The translations under genes were made by a program, and so were the position numbers. The notes under the pieces were generated by a model that worked only from the letters and a program-made list of their open reading frames with translations, searched no databases and was not told the origin of the DNA. From assembly GCA_046050355.1 (NCBI GenBank), contig JBJOPW010000001.1, positions 79,475-143,474 of the forward strand: 64,000 nucleotides of DNA, read 5' to 3'. Positions within the stretch are counted from its first letter, which is position 1. Each line of letters begins with the position of its first letter. Origin of the DNA: Candidatus Parcubacteria bacterium (lineage in GTDB: Bacteria; Patescibacteriota; Minisyncoccia; Phycocordibacterales; UBA918). This document shows, one piece after another, positions 43,101 through 47,040 of this stretch.

Positions 43101-44504
43101 ATCAAACAGGGCTGGAATCTCAGTCCCGTCGGGATTCTTGATACTCACCCGATCCACGGCAAAGGTATTCTCAGCAAAGATAGAACGGAAGATGCGATTG
43201 AAGAAACCTTGCTGTGGATCGTACGACAAGGTAAACATCGGTGACTTACCAAGAACTTGGTCCAAGTCAGCATTCACAAGTTCATTGAGACTTGGTGCCT
43301 TCAGATCTCGTTCGTAGCCAATGGCATCGGTTGGCTTTTCAAAGTCTGATGATTCGTAAAAGCGTCCTGAGGTCACATCAAGCCATACACCATCAACAAA
43401 GACAGCTTCGGTCTCAGCTTCAATGCCTTCGTAGGCGACTTTGACCCGAAGGTTTGAGAGGTCATTACTGTATGGCGAAACAGCGAGGGCCACGAGGAAG
43501 TGGTCACCATTAAGGCTATTTGAAATCTCACCACCAACGTCAATCACGGTACCAGGGAGATACGTCGCACCCGCATCAAGTGAGTATGACACGACGAAAC
43601 GCTGGATAGCACTACCAGGTTTCGCTTTGGCCGCTAGTGAGAGTCGTAGTTGTACCGTATCTAGTACCGTGCCGTTGGTGAACTCAGGCAACGCAAAATT
43701 ATCAAAGGTCAGCGACCGAGTTTTACAGCCAGCTTCGACGAGACAAGGTTCCAGGCCAAAGAGGTCAGTGGTGGTAGTACCAACTGCAGCAGGTGATTCA
43801 GGAGTACTCGTCGTAGCCCCATCGCTAATAGTCTCAGAGGCGTCACTTGGTGAGTCACTTGCTTCCGTTGGCGTTGCTGTCGTTACCTCAGGTATCTCTG
43901 GAGTAGATGCTTCGTTTGGCGCAGAAGCTGGTTCTATGTCAGGCGCAGTTGTATCTGGTGCTACTTCCTCAACCACCGGCACCGCATCGGTGACCGGAGT
44001 CGTTTCATCAAATTGTGCGAGTGGATAGGCTACCGCCCGCATGGATGTCTCAAGCGGCGTATCACTCGGCACTGGTTCGGTTGGTGGTGTTGATTCAGTT
44101 GATGGCTCGGTAGCTGGAGTTTCAGCTGGTGGAGTATCAGTAGTAGCACCGTCTGAAGCAGCTCCATCATCTGGCGTACCGGTTGGCGGATTTTCAGTTG
44201 GCACAGCAGGAGATGGCGTTTGTGATTGTGTTGGTTCTACGTACTTGAAGTGTGCAGAATTGGCATTGGTGAAGTTTTGTAAGATACCATCACCATCAAC
44301 ATCTTGAATCAAAACCTCATTCGGATTATCAAAGCCATCTGCCACTACACCTCCTGGTACAACCAGCAATTCTTCGGTCGTATAGACCGTTCGGTCAATG
44401 TACGAGTACGCCAAAAAGCCACTGATACAGACAAATACCAGCAGAACCCGCAGAGTAAGGCGGTTTAGCTTAGGAATTACATGCGACACAACTCTAACGC
44501 CCAA
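22134..44504 (-). CDS. Giant (7,456 aa) multi-domain surface adhesin-like protein
   Basis: Single 22.4-kb ORF. N-terminal TM, acidic P/T stalk, three C1q/TNF-like modules (QxTxxxxGxY), three Fn3-like units (FDNA...YWWRxRAxD), two W(N/D)GxxW propeller-like regions, three DUF2341-like domains (two followed by LamG-like), a Gly-rich domain, long beta-helix-like tracts, and a WxL/pilin-like C-terminus. The start codon is uncertain. Confidence 0.93.
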   Translation of the reverse strand: MGVRVVSHVIPKLNRLTLRVLLVFVCISGFLAYSYIDRTVYTTEELLVVPGGVVADGFDNPNEVLIQDVDGDGILQNFTNANSAHFKYVEPTQSQTPSPAVPTENPPTGTPDDGAASDGATTDTPPAETPATEPSTESTPPTEPVPSDTPLETSMRAVAYPLAQFDETTPVTDAVPVVEEVAPDTTAPDIEPASAPNEASTPEIPEVTTATPTEASDSPSDASETISDGATTSTPESPAAVGTTTTDLFGLEPCLVEAGCKTRSLTFDNFALPEFTNGTVLDTVQLRLSLAAKAKPGSAIQRFVVSYSLDAGATYLPGTVIDVGGEISNSLNGDHFLVALAVSPYSNDLSNLRVKVAYEGIEAETEAVFVDGVWLDVTSGRFYESSDFEKPTDAIGYERDLKAPSLNELVNADLDQVLGKSPMFTLSYDPQQGFFNRIFRSIFAENTFAVDRVSIKNPDGTEIPALFDIKYYDDLTWSMQVEELPYTLAPGKYEVTVEVLENGEKFTDTFEFYWGLLAVNTKKSMYFPNEEVVLNLAALTDSGDTICDANLEMKIIDPKGAIFEVPVSQSGSCNANNVTDVPDYLATFKDTGEWGKYTIQLQHLNVSGEVVHKITDSFEVRDYIPFDITRTAPTRIYPPAPYKVELKVKANRTYTGDITERVPRGFIIEGLEGATITALPQYSLITWSNVTMNVGDERTFSYTFDAPDVSPYMYLLGPLTMDSFSELRQWQIASDALNNIGWFKGTRTVAGTNLNSVPSPMQWSTSSIDNYYYTHSTSSNSQRVTLRQSGDYFVAVNLPVQRTDANTSRTRSGIEVRKNGVAVQEGLGRSGYIENAGAQSESSSNVAFLLTDVNANDYIEVFVENLNTIDAGDTVNVSGLASLYVEYMTSSDIVFAATTTRSTATTSLNTATANALDWIETRQDTGFVHSNTVSPQNITLSATGTYMVHVNIPLTGVNHTVQTNVTGRVLINGMAVPGAQFMQGYMETAATESDGDSSIHWSGVVVASSTNSVLTVTAQQEAGGGNVVVTPGFAGSIVIEKLPTAGVIAVTGNYFNGTTGMNFNNTNASSTRFNVPLAHDTGTYTYSSTTNSHQITVGQSGDYFLMYNVAVTGATARTNNRITVTVNGATTTGAQTKSNYIRNQNGHTDASGNLVFLLEGVGAGQIVSVQSQQEATAGQVSSTTPATLMLWKKAALDFRPAAPTLQTPFDNARFASTSPYFEFTASDPDGASDIEYEFSISTSSTFATATVRVSSADAGFVNTVSGGDTAPFTEGNKIRYQLQPGDTLTDLTTYYWRVRAKDVTGSGGFGDYSTTQSFTVNAGDTVANWYQTTSGQFQTNTLFGATANDVNNNVTVNSTVSSEIMLAYGDGTNTTPRYRLWNGTSWGIEQSAIAVGGTINWVRTAAGVKRDEYILVTMDQSNATYAQVYNATSSSWGNQTLITSTVSNVTRKGIAVGYESVSGDAMVVSCSNTKDPVYRTWNGSTWSATSSITTSLVNVCNHVEIASDPTSDEMILVVRDSGAAVGNNYEALVWDGTGWISSRVLGSVQAGQELRAGIGVKYESSGDQAVIAVTNGTNNNFAYVTWLGPSLGWSSNGTQALFNDFEFGSLAADPNSDLMTLCFINDSARVGAIRWDGSVWTGTFTDFTITGNSQAGRPVDCEYETTAGRSGYILGTYSDTTNLRYRTFATSTWDAQQTVSGVGSGAGVFWVQTERAGDGTIVAISHDDAVAGDEIESTYWNGTNWSTKQSIVPNPSSIIGAPYETFEMAAKRYTFTQGIVTTQPIVFTSVPNQNTWGDLSFGSTEPFGTDVTVKLKYTNTTTCDTYIPDGALPGNSTGFDQSAMPLNLTSLSTSTYSQICLEATLTTFGSQSASLDDWSVAWLRKPKLVQSNFRWYANGSFFTPTDAWPVGGTDVNENVALSSAEAVSLNDVLRLRLSLQGANVPLATSTSAFKLQYAPGSSCSIATGWSDVGAVGSTTALWRGYANSIVGSDWYGAAWGRRIKIEVDNALVGTSSAVTDFPVYVNLDDLPAVFFDTVQSDGDDIRITTSDGITEVPYELVAIDTSADTGELHFKAPSLSTTTDTGFYIYYGNSGASGYAATATYGRNNVWNNGYQAVYHLGTNPTSAMIDSTSNGRNLTSSGMVATNSTSSKIGNGLNFDGVNDYLTNTGWSWNTATVTVTAWNNVSTAETQNSNLFSFTAAGAERFAAHAPWGDAVLYWDFGTCCSAPGRLTTNYTSYRNKWTHVGLVSHGTGGTFMGIYLDGAPIATAATSDNPNVALTGFALGSVSTAGGTYHRGRIDEFRIASVARSASWLKTEYNNQTNATGFYTVQAEELIGDGRVLPSTLLSDSNFSETYEENNPTILNRNGLLVGQKTEWDFTLQNNGATANTSYCFRLVYADGAILNTYSTYPRLITNAAPLQPTLTAPFDNRQLASTTPTFEFAAIDELGDLVSYEVVIDNDADFSSPTITRESNADFSQFTNIASPSERSQYSSGQTIQFVPNTGLTNGVTYWWRVRAKDDFGSNTYGSWSEPRSFTVNSATTLTTWFQTTGDQFNTNSLNDALANVSTNDVGINTSFTAATTTTTEIDYDNRAIGNAWGSISFNQNVTSGTIRHYVEYEVSSNNFALVPDTDLPGNSAGFASSPISIAALDTTTYNVLRITSVFSGNATLPRLLDMTVTWSLKIEPPTHLTLFDNAKTATVTPAFTFTTIDPQADDLQYEIQISTTQDFAAPTTFMSGVDAGFSNVTTPADTSPFNSGNTIRYQTQAPLTNSVTYWWRTRARDPGGSNSWSNYSTPFSFTVDTATNVSVWYQTTGEQFSTNDTVDIETTLGGAQVSSVINGVMVAYAEGTAQAPQYRTWNGSAWSAPISADTVSAQIRWTRLKAATTRPEYALGTLGTDLDINIQIYDAITESWGNIFEIVNSATESTKRRYDIAYETVSGKLMAVACLGNDAVYATWDGSSWSATSSLVLANTNDCEWVQMASDPVSNEIIAVFRHTNTGTPDYEALVWNGSSWGNSNRFGDVSANTNEGMVIEYEESGDQAVLALPNGTVNMPWKTWNGSTWSATNTVALGNVMTWGSLKRDEGTDRMMLCYMDADTDIGIVPWTGSAFGTFTELTITGNDNRGLPADCDFQTTQGTDGDVVIAYSDTVAARYQTYSFGTGTTSGEFSLDVINNSWRFQTVRGGDGTVHALAFDDGSNPDRYDTSRWNGSVWTARENFSSSPSIAAQPFDGSLTIAAQIYPNFTSASIRSTAINFADGASPRWERVRFTDTTPGLSNVLYRVYYETTPGTFALVPDSALSGNAAGFTNSPINISGLDKNIYNVLKLDAELLCDSGNCPSVQDWSVEWSEGLTISGSIFDYDQLTALASGTVAVAVNGVLQSGKTAQVAAGTSTQQVVYTAAGTSTFTVPSGVTSVTVKSWGAGGGSGASYSTNGGGAGAGGGGGFVQGNVTTIPAENLTVRVGGGGAGGTAATSTGGGGGGGYSGVFRTSTPLLVAGGGGGGGGGVTNIKYVGAGTACGVNGAACTPTIPASTAVNDLYIAVLHSRTDTAHTCTTNCTGWTEFSTQAGSAGEGRVSVWYYRRTGAAPANPTFAGPATESYTGRIWAFRGAAITGNPYDVLGTNTAVTVANTVFTGSNLSSTVPDAMVVHVGGSMDNNTWGPGGGSCNTPNAADANFYAANANGTDNSVFLCYRDNPISSAGSLGAPTMTQATLGADVGRYFTFALRPQATDGLVLGNGGAGGGLTGETGSTTAASGGGGGGTQVAGGAIGGSNATVGAAYQGGLGAGTAGGVGAGGAGGIGGGGTGGSGSTTAILAGGGGGGAGYYGGGGGANASDFYTHNPGAGGGGGSSYTALTGVSATSTISGSGTQAANTADPDYSAGVGVGAAAVTSITNGSSGGNGKVVVTWSTVASAGTWSIPNVSAVAGDVITVFIQNASGTDEAVAVTVYDGSGDITGMQLSKRHLTIGSNDGTTVTNANLALYANAANEDIFYSASGGSTISLCAESTCSDARLRVLSGATYAPGADTSVINFQNNGTFAPATSTFRISNVWDNQSTFTVGQSTIIFTATTSTQTPQNASSSLAFYNVTFGESSGNATFTLTKPLITYGNLTVNYGTLARGTTTLNIGGNLSLGANGTFSGLGTTTFDGTGSSLWGDAKAANLSTNIGNVVIDGTAKTITLSGNVGSESLTIGNDDTLNASGSGFNINVLRHWTNNNAFVPQSGTVSFIGTSTGVIARGTSAFNNLSFTGVGGNWSFSTSTLALNGTLTIATGTVTLPTGTTTIGGSFLNTGGQFAHNNGEVRMTSSVAGRSITTSGTPFLNNFYDLVFTGAGGWTFTGAATTTRDMRITAGTVTMPTTTLAVGGDFVTTGSGAFAHNNGEVILLVQDADTLSTNGSSFNNLRVRGAASGWYNDSWSARKKITIQGSKVMGSMTNFPVYLNLADLGDDFFTGITTGGADIRITASDGVTEVPLEVVSVSTSTKRGEVYFRAPSLATSTSADFYVYYGNSGATAYASTSAFGAQNVWTNGYQAVYHLDSDPAGITVDSTRFDRRLSQVGAMDATDVVAGVLGNAIDFDGVNDYLTNAAFAWVNASNTITVTAWNNVTTAETKAANLFGFTESGGQRVATHGPWSDAILYWDFGAAGVPGRVSSSYASYRNKWTHIGLVSPGAGGGNMSIYFDGAFITSSTASDPNVTLTGFSLGSLGASQYHDGRIDEFRLASVVRDAGWLGTEFNNQSTSTSFYSTSTAEARFARVFTDTNTTILGNYIADAGASATFPSGILSVGGSFDNNGAFSANNGTVRFNSTAGSETIAVGSSTFATLEFNGAGGDFTVTESATATVAINLTNATQFTLQSGLSLTASGTFSQTMSGTSTTWTGSLLRFIGTDHSMHTKSFGGDVYGTLQVANDADIAMWNSSATTYITSDTGSIYSQDHAAVDGDLNIYGNYIRSTGTEHWAYATDFDGTVLGSPRQVDVRVASGSSVGFTAASLNFTGTSSASTTIAALTGSFSLNATNSIVTARYFSVASTGSAGFGLLSSTTLSQFDDGYIDVTPGTSGLRIDGTTVSTNPAKQLLRVAFATTTAGTGANVTFTGTSTSFVWFKEGSGNLYGEAFDSGDANPGAIRFDDSSYLITVSGRVLTSDGGASLGAPVCDGVTPNVRVVVNSGSYTAQTSCNVTTGAYSFSNVAFIGDPKITVYLNTNGGVSGAAVTKTPTSDITNLDVYAYQLITRHEGAVPLSIADLTLFDTASDTDMRFSATTTPSTSLTVLSNNGLFVWASTTFTPGGPVTLAGNASSSAFEGSLTLATSSQFIAAGTDTHSLAGRLVVGQNATITAASSTFVFTATTTGKSITAATTQNFHNLSFTGVGGAWNIGAPLSLTGDMTISAGTVTGTNNISLLNGQLTGNGTLSLGSGTTTISRTNTLGGTTPWTFANLVLGNGSVAGTTTPASAATTTVSGRLTISAAHVYDVGSSPINLTGSGTVFSVSGTYRPGTGLVTYSGANATVLGTTYYDLAVGASVGSSTFTTSGVGILVNRNLTIGNGTASSTFTTNQSDPVLTVSGDVFVASASTLSLSDTATTTIAGSIDNNGTVLANGGIAAFTGSGTHTIAMGTSPLARTRINGTGSFTVSESATSTVSFTLQNHALFRVATGTTLALAGTFDNQLGGAATDFPGTLYFYGGSSIAVNQKTTADTYSTLGVASDTRIRLWNSSATTYNALGGIYSQDHNNTNGLLHVYGTFAETSASDYWSYATDFDGTALSGSERVVTVAFASGAAYNLTGGSLSVIGAAGASTSITNQGAGTYGVIIGGSGTANWNYATVRNASTSGIIFTGTPIVTDFSRVDIEVGATGGTGVTIGSTVLNNNPAKNLTNNHFATSTGVSAATNVTATGTAVSSWRFTNHTGSIDGEVYDNDPAGDPGYIVWDDSAALITVSGNVYSDEGVTVSPVCNGVTANIVLRVAGLTTYSTPCNATTGAYSIPNVAFSPADTLTVYIDNNIRKAVTVSADPISSISDMHLYENRVIVRHENTSPLSIADMAVWDSSDDGDILFTAVDAGSDTLSLPADQKLLIWTSKTFEPNGNVTLSGGGGGGAQDGTLEALANATWRAQGNETHSIAGSIIFGAGAVFTAGQSTTTLTTTGAGRTIDVNSGAFYNLYITGSGSWTVADSALTTTRSYTQSAGTVTFGSGTTTIGASFNATGGSFSMPGTGIAFVSSSTGNIVRFDDAMVPALYFTGAGGAWSMTDTNATTTGSFIISNTGTVTLPSGALAVGGSFTNASGTVTHNTADLYMTSASAASITTRGSDLFALRKTDVGTINITDASATFRDDVVIASGSLVAATNTLSVGGSFLVTGGTFSHASGTVLFNATASGKTINASTSPFYNVQFASASGGWTWQGNATTTNNLTLTTASAFTKEAGTSLSIGGVFTNLVGGGATTWTNTIISLTNSAPYTINTKTTGGDDYATLSINVADLRLWNSSVATTTTGAGASLYSQDHGVVDGALNIYGDFTVATTSEYWSYATDFDGTALTGTERAVTVRINENATTTVQSGTLSIIGGLSASTTIGNISTGTHAFIVTGGTFNAQYYRFNALNSTGLNFINTPTITNLSNGYYNLALNGGTLITLADTALNANASKIFTAVGFNAGNSWNGTNTALVGSTSNAWRFSGSYGNIGGEAFDSDGVDACGSIRFDDSGCLLTSQTSYRWRADDGGEGAPNSEWYNLSWSNRQRVRIENITATTFSTTTVKIVVPYDSAMQSDFDDLRFTRIDGVTPLDFWLDRYTASTEAVVWVEVPSLAANAYTDVFAYFGNASSTSSSSAAATFSFSDDFEDNNITEYSGDTTLFQTDTAPVFGGSYALEALNKSGRTTDGIFRTGSLTAQGQVIRYRQYVDTTTGSADEGCALFGVQTPGTNNNNYAVCLELFGTDRLSLSKNVTDNDVSGTRLASTTVTFATGWYLVEIDWQTSNRIDVYLYNAAGSIVASTTATDSSYTSGGMGFTFWVQNGAWDSYQVSGRGPINPGISFGAKQTAGGASWVAAENTLGSGLPNVTRRLRIGIENSGLDVTGQTYRLQYAAKGGAPSCEAVSSGSFAAVPNQASCGSSPVCMQVSSNVTDGEATTDLLTTSNGQFSAGAVVESPSTMTSGLSVNQDRYTELEYVITPTNNASDNYCFRVVNGSTPIDYYAKVAELGLQFDPVIGTVNLNDGFDIALLPGTTTRIYATTTITDFNGASDIKMATTTFYKTASGTSSCTPDDNNCYRVDTSNQCNLQCTGNNCNLICYADIQFFATPSDDGAAEWFAFTEVIDNSGGYDFADSLAVELLTVRSLSINSGINYGSLAPQADTGSYNATTTIANAGNVPFDIEVEGTDLSDGASSVIPANKQKFATSTFTYSGCAVCSLLSSSTPVALDVNLSKPTVPTPPVTTDIFWGIEVPFGVNSAPHSGINVFTPVSP

Positions 44505-44528
44505 AAGATAACTTTTGGGTTACCTATA

Positions 44529-44565
44529 GTATAACGCGCCAGTACTCGGTACTGGCGCGTTATAC
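44529..44565. promoter_or_regulatory. Perfect 17-bp hairpin overlapping the putative -10 (TATACT) of the giant gene
   Basis: GTATAACGCGCCAGTAC-TCG-GTACTGGCGCGTTATAC; no U-tract on the minus strand. Confidence 0.6.
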
Positions 44566-44593
44566 GAATTTTATTGTGGATTGTTTGTGCTCA

Positions 44594-46138
44594 TTAGCGC
44601 AAAATCGTCTTTACGTCATTGATTTCTTTTTCAATCAAGGTCTCAGATACTTCGAGCGCTTGGTTGAGACCCTCCACCGCTTCTTTTTCTTTCTTAGAGA
44701 GCCGTGGACGCTTCGTGATGAGGTTGATCTGATCGTAGATCTCATCACGCAAGGCGGAGAAGATTTTTTCCATTTGATCCTGAATTTCGCGAGTTTCGCG
44801 ACGGAGTTTGTCTTCGCGCAGTTTGTTCTGCTTCCGATCGTACCAAATGTAGATAAACTGCATCAAGATTGTTACCAGGAGGAGCGCAGTAAAGATATTC
44901 CTTCCGGTAAAGTAGTCCCAAATGGTGGTTTCTATCTCTACTTCGGCCGGTTTAATCCATCCAGCCGTAATCTGCACTGCTACACTTGATTCTTTACTGT
45001 TACCAGCCTTGTCGTAAGCCACTACCGTGACAGTGTAGGTACCGTCCTCGAGTTCCTTGAGGAGGTAACCGATTTTTGCTTCATCCGGAGTGACTTTGAT
45101 CGGTTCGTTGTCGGCAATGGTCATCTCATAGTAATCGATGCCAGATGTCGTATCGTTCGCAGCAAAGTTAAGCTGCGGGAACCCGGTTGGTGAATTTGAG
45201 ACCCGAACATCAATGGTGAAGTTTTCTGGTTCGGTAGTATCAATCATGATTTTGCGATTGAGTACCGCACCCCAGCCCACCTGATTCTTATATTTGATAC
45301 TCAAGTACTGGATACCTTCAATCGCATTTTCCTTATTGAGCGCAAACTCTTTAATTGGAGGATTTGCGATCGCTGACTTAGTTAGCTCAGGCTGGTTCTC
45401 CGATGAAGTCGCAAGCATGACAGCGAGCTCATTGACATCAAATGGTATTTCCCATTCAAATAAGCCATCAGTAGTGGCGTACCAAACCTCTGGATCAAGG
45501 AAGGTTTTTGAACCAACCTCTGGCGCCCGTGGCGGATCGCCAAACACGATGGCCTCATCCCCTCCTTCTTCTTCATCTTCTGCCGCTGGGGTTGTTGGTT
45601 CAGGGGTTGGCGTAGGGGTTGGTGTTGGCGTAGTAGCCGCTGCAACTGTAAAGGAGCCATTAGTACTCTTACTGTAGACATCAGTACCACGACCATCAGC
45701 CGCCAGCACCGACGCATTGGAGACCGTGAGGGCGCCCGTCCCCGCCGCTACTGCTCGGAACGTGACACTGACAAGATTTGACTGGGCCGTAAATGGAGAT
45801 GGGCTACCACCACCAAAAGTAATAGTTCCGGCACTATTTGAGTAGGTCGGTTCAGTAGTCCAGAGTGAGAACACTGATCCTGTCTTACTGACATTTACTA
45901 CGGCGAGCACCGCAGGATCAAACTTAAGGGTAGCCTCAACCGCATTGACACTCTGACCACCGGGCGATACCCGCACCGACACCGTAAAAGTCTGCCCCGG
46001 TGTGTAGCTACCCGTACTCGGTGCAATCACCACATCAGCCGCGAAAGCCACTGTAGCAAACCAGACAAAAAGCCCAAACACCCCCACAAGGGTCAGGAGT
46101 TTGTATAACGTGGTGAGTATGTGTGTGCGTGAGAACAT
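44594..46138 (-). CDS. Membrane-anchored cohesin-like + Ig-like protein with cytoplasmic helical tail (paralog of 7861-9576)
   Basis: VNAVEATLKFD...SVFSLWTTEPTYSNSAGTITFGGG...VLAADGRGTDV, (PT)n linker, DTTSGIDYYEM...AYDKAGN, TM, helical tail. Confidence 0.84.
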   Translation of the reverse strand: MFSRTHILTTLYKLLTLVGVFGLFVWFATVAFAADVVIAPSTGSYTPGQTFTVSVRVSPGGQSVNAVEATLKFDPAVLAVVNVSKTGSVFSLWTTEPTYSNSAGTITFGGGSPSPFTAQSNLVSVTFRAVAAGTGALTVSNASVLAADGRGTDVYSKSTNGSFTVAAATTPTPTPTPTPEPTTPAAEDEEEGGDEAIVFGDPPRAPEVGSKTFLDPEVWYATTDGLFEWEIPFDVNELAVMLATSSENQPELTKSAIANPPIKEFALNKENAIEGIQYLSIKYKNQVGWGAVLNRKIMIDTTEPENFTIDVRVSNSPTGFPQLNFAANDTTSGIDYYEMTIADNEPIKVTPDEAKIGYLLKELEDGTYTVTVVAYDKAGNSKESSVAVQITAGWIKPAEVEIETTIWDYFTGRNIFTALLLVTILMQFIYIWYDRKQNKLREDKLRRETREIQDQMEKIFSALRDEIYDQINLITKRPRLSKKEKEAVEGLNQALEVSETLIEKEINDVKTILR

Positions 46139-46163
46139 AAGAACTATCTGAATTACTACTAAA

Positions 46164-46625
46164 CTATTTTGGCCTGGTCTTATCGGCAGTGATTTTGAGC
46201 TTGACTCGCTCTTTCTCCTCCGGCTTTAAGAGTGGCAGTATTAAAATGAGTACACCGTTTTTTATCTTTGCCTCGGCCTTTTCAATATCAACACTCTCAG
46301 GCAAGATTATCCGTCGATAAAAATCACCCCAGACACATTCTTCAGTAAAATACGAACCACGCGGTTTACTTTTAGGAAAGACAATAAATTCCGGTCGAAT
46401 GCGGCGACCTTCGATGAGGACGATATCGGCATCCCCTTCAATCGAGACGTGGACATCATTCATATCAGCACCAGCTGACTGCGCATAGATGACAATCGTC
46501 CGTTCCGTCTGATAGACATCAACATCAAGCTGCGCCACTTTGTCGACAGCAGTCTCTTCCTCACTAGACTGCAGAGTCTGGTCAGAACGAACACCTCTCC
46601 CTTTGAGACGTTGTAAAAATGACAT
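46164..46625 (-). CDS. Hsp20/alpha-crystallin small heat-shock protein
   Basis: LDVDVYQT, EECVWGDFYRRIILPESVD, AKIKNGVLILILP; TATAAT and GAGGA upstream. Confidence 0.92.
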   Translation of the reverse strand: MSFLQRLKGRGVRSDQTLQSSEEETAVDKVAQLDVDVYQTERTIVIYAQSAGADMNDVHVSIEGDADIVLIEGRRIRPEFIVFPKSKPRGSYFTEECVWGDFYRRIILPESVDIEKAEAKIKNGVLILILPLLKPEEKERVKLKITADKTRPK

Positions 46626-46920
46626 ACCAATTCCTCTACATTATATATGTGTCAGCCTATCATGATGTAACGTTACCCACAGTAAGTTTTATATAGAAGA
46701 TAGAAGATTGAATACGGAATATACAATATACGAGACAAAGACAGGCACTGCCTCTTTACACTATTCAATGTTATCAGTTCAATCTTCCCTAGAATTTTAA
46801 CTTAAAACTTTGAAAGAAAATTTTCTCAGACGAGGCGCACAAAGAAGAAAAGCGAAGGGGAGTTAAATAAGGAGCTTTTCTAATGTAATAATGAATAAGT
46901 GAACAAATTATAAAGCTGGT

Positions 46921-47040
46921 GGCTCTAGAATAAAATCGTTTATGACAAGGCGTCTGAACGCCAAAGAACGAGCCGTATTGCTATACGGTGAGGATTTCGA
47001 GTGAAACACAACACAGTCAGAGGCGATTTTAGTCAGAGCC
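46921..47040 (+). repeat. Structured ~125-nt dispersed repeat, copy C (a decayed copy D lies at ~46810-46910)
   Basis: CAAGGCG...GAGCCGTAT-loop-ATACGGTGA...CAACACAG, closed by GGCTCT...TAAAATCG / CGATTTTA...AGAGCC; ends on the stop codon at 47040. Confidence 0.78.

Noticed and set aside
286-44307. Many plus-strand ORFs of 60-200 aa
   Set aside because: They are antisense shadows of Thr/Gly/Ser-rich minus-strand genes, with no motifs or start signals.
22134-44504. Intein, RTX, Rhs or autotransporter features in the giant
   Set aside because: No Hint motifs, GGxGxD nonapeptides, YD repeats or C-terminal beta-barrel were seen.
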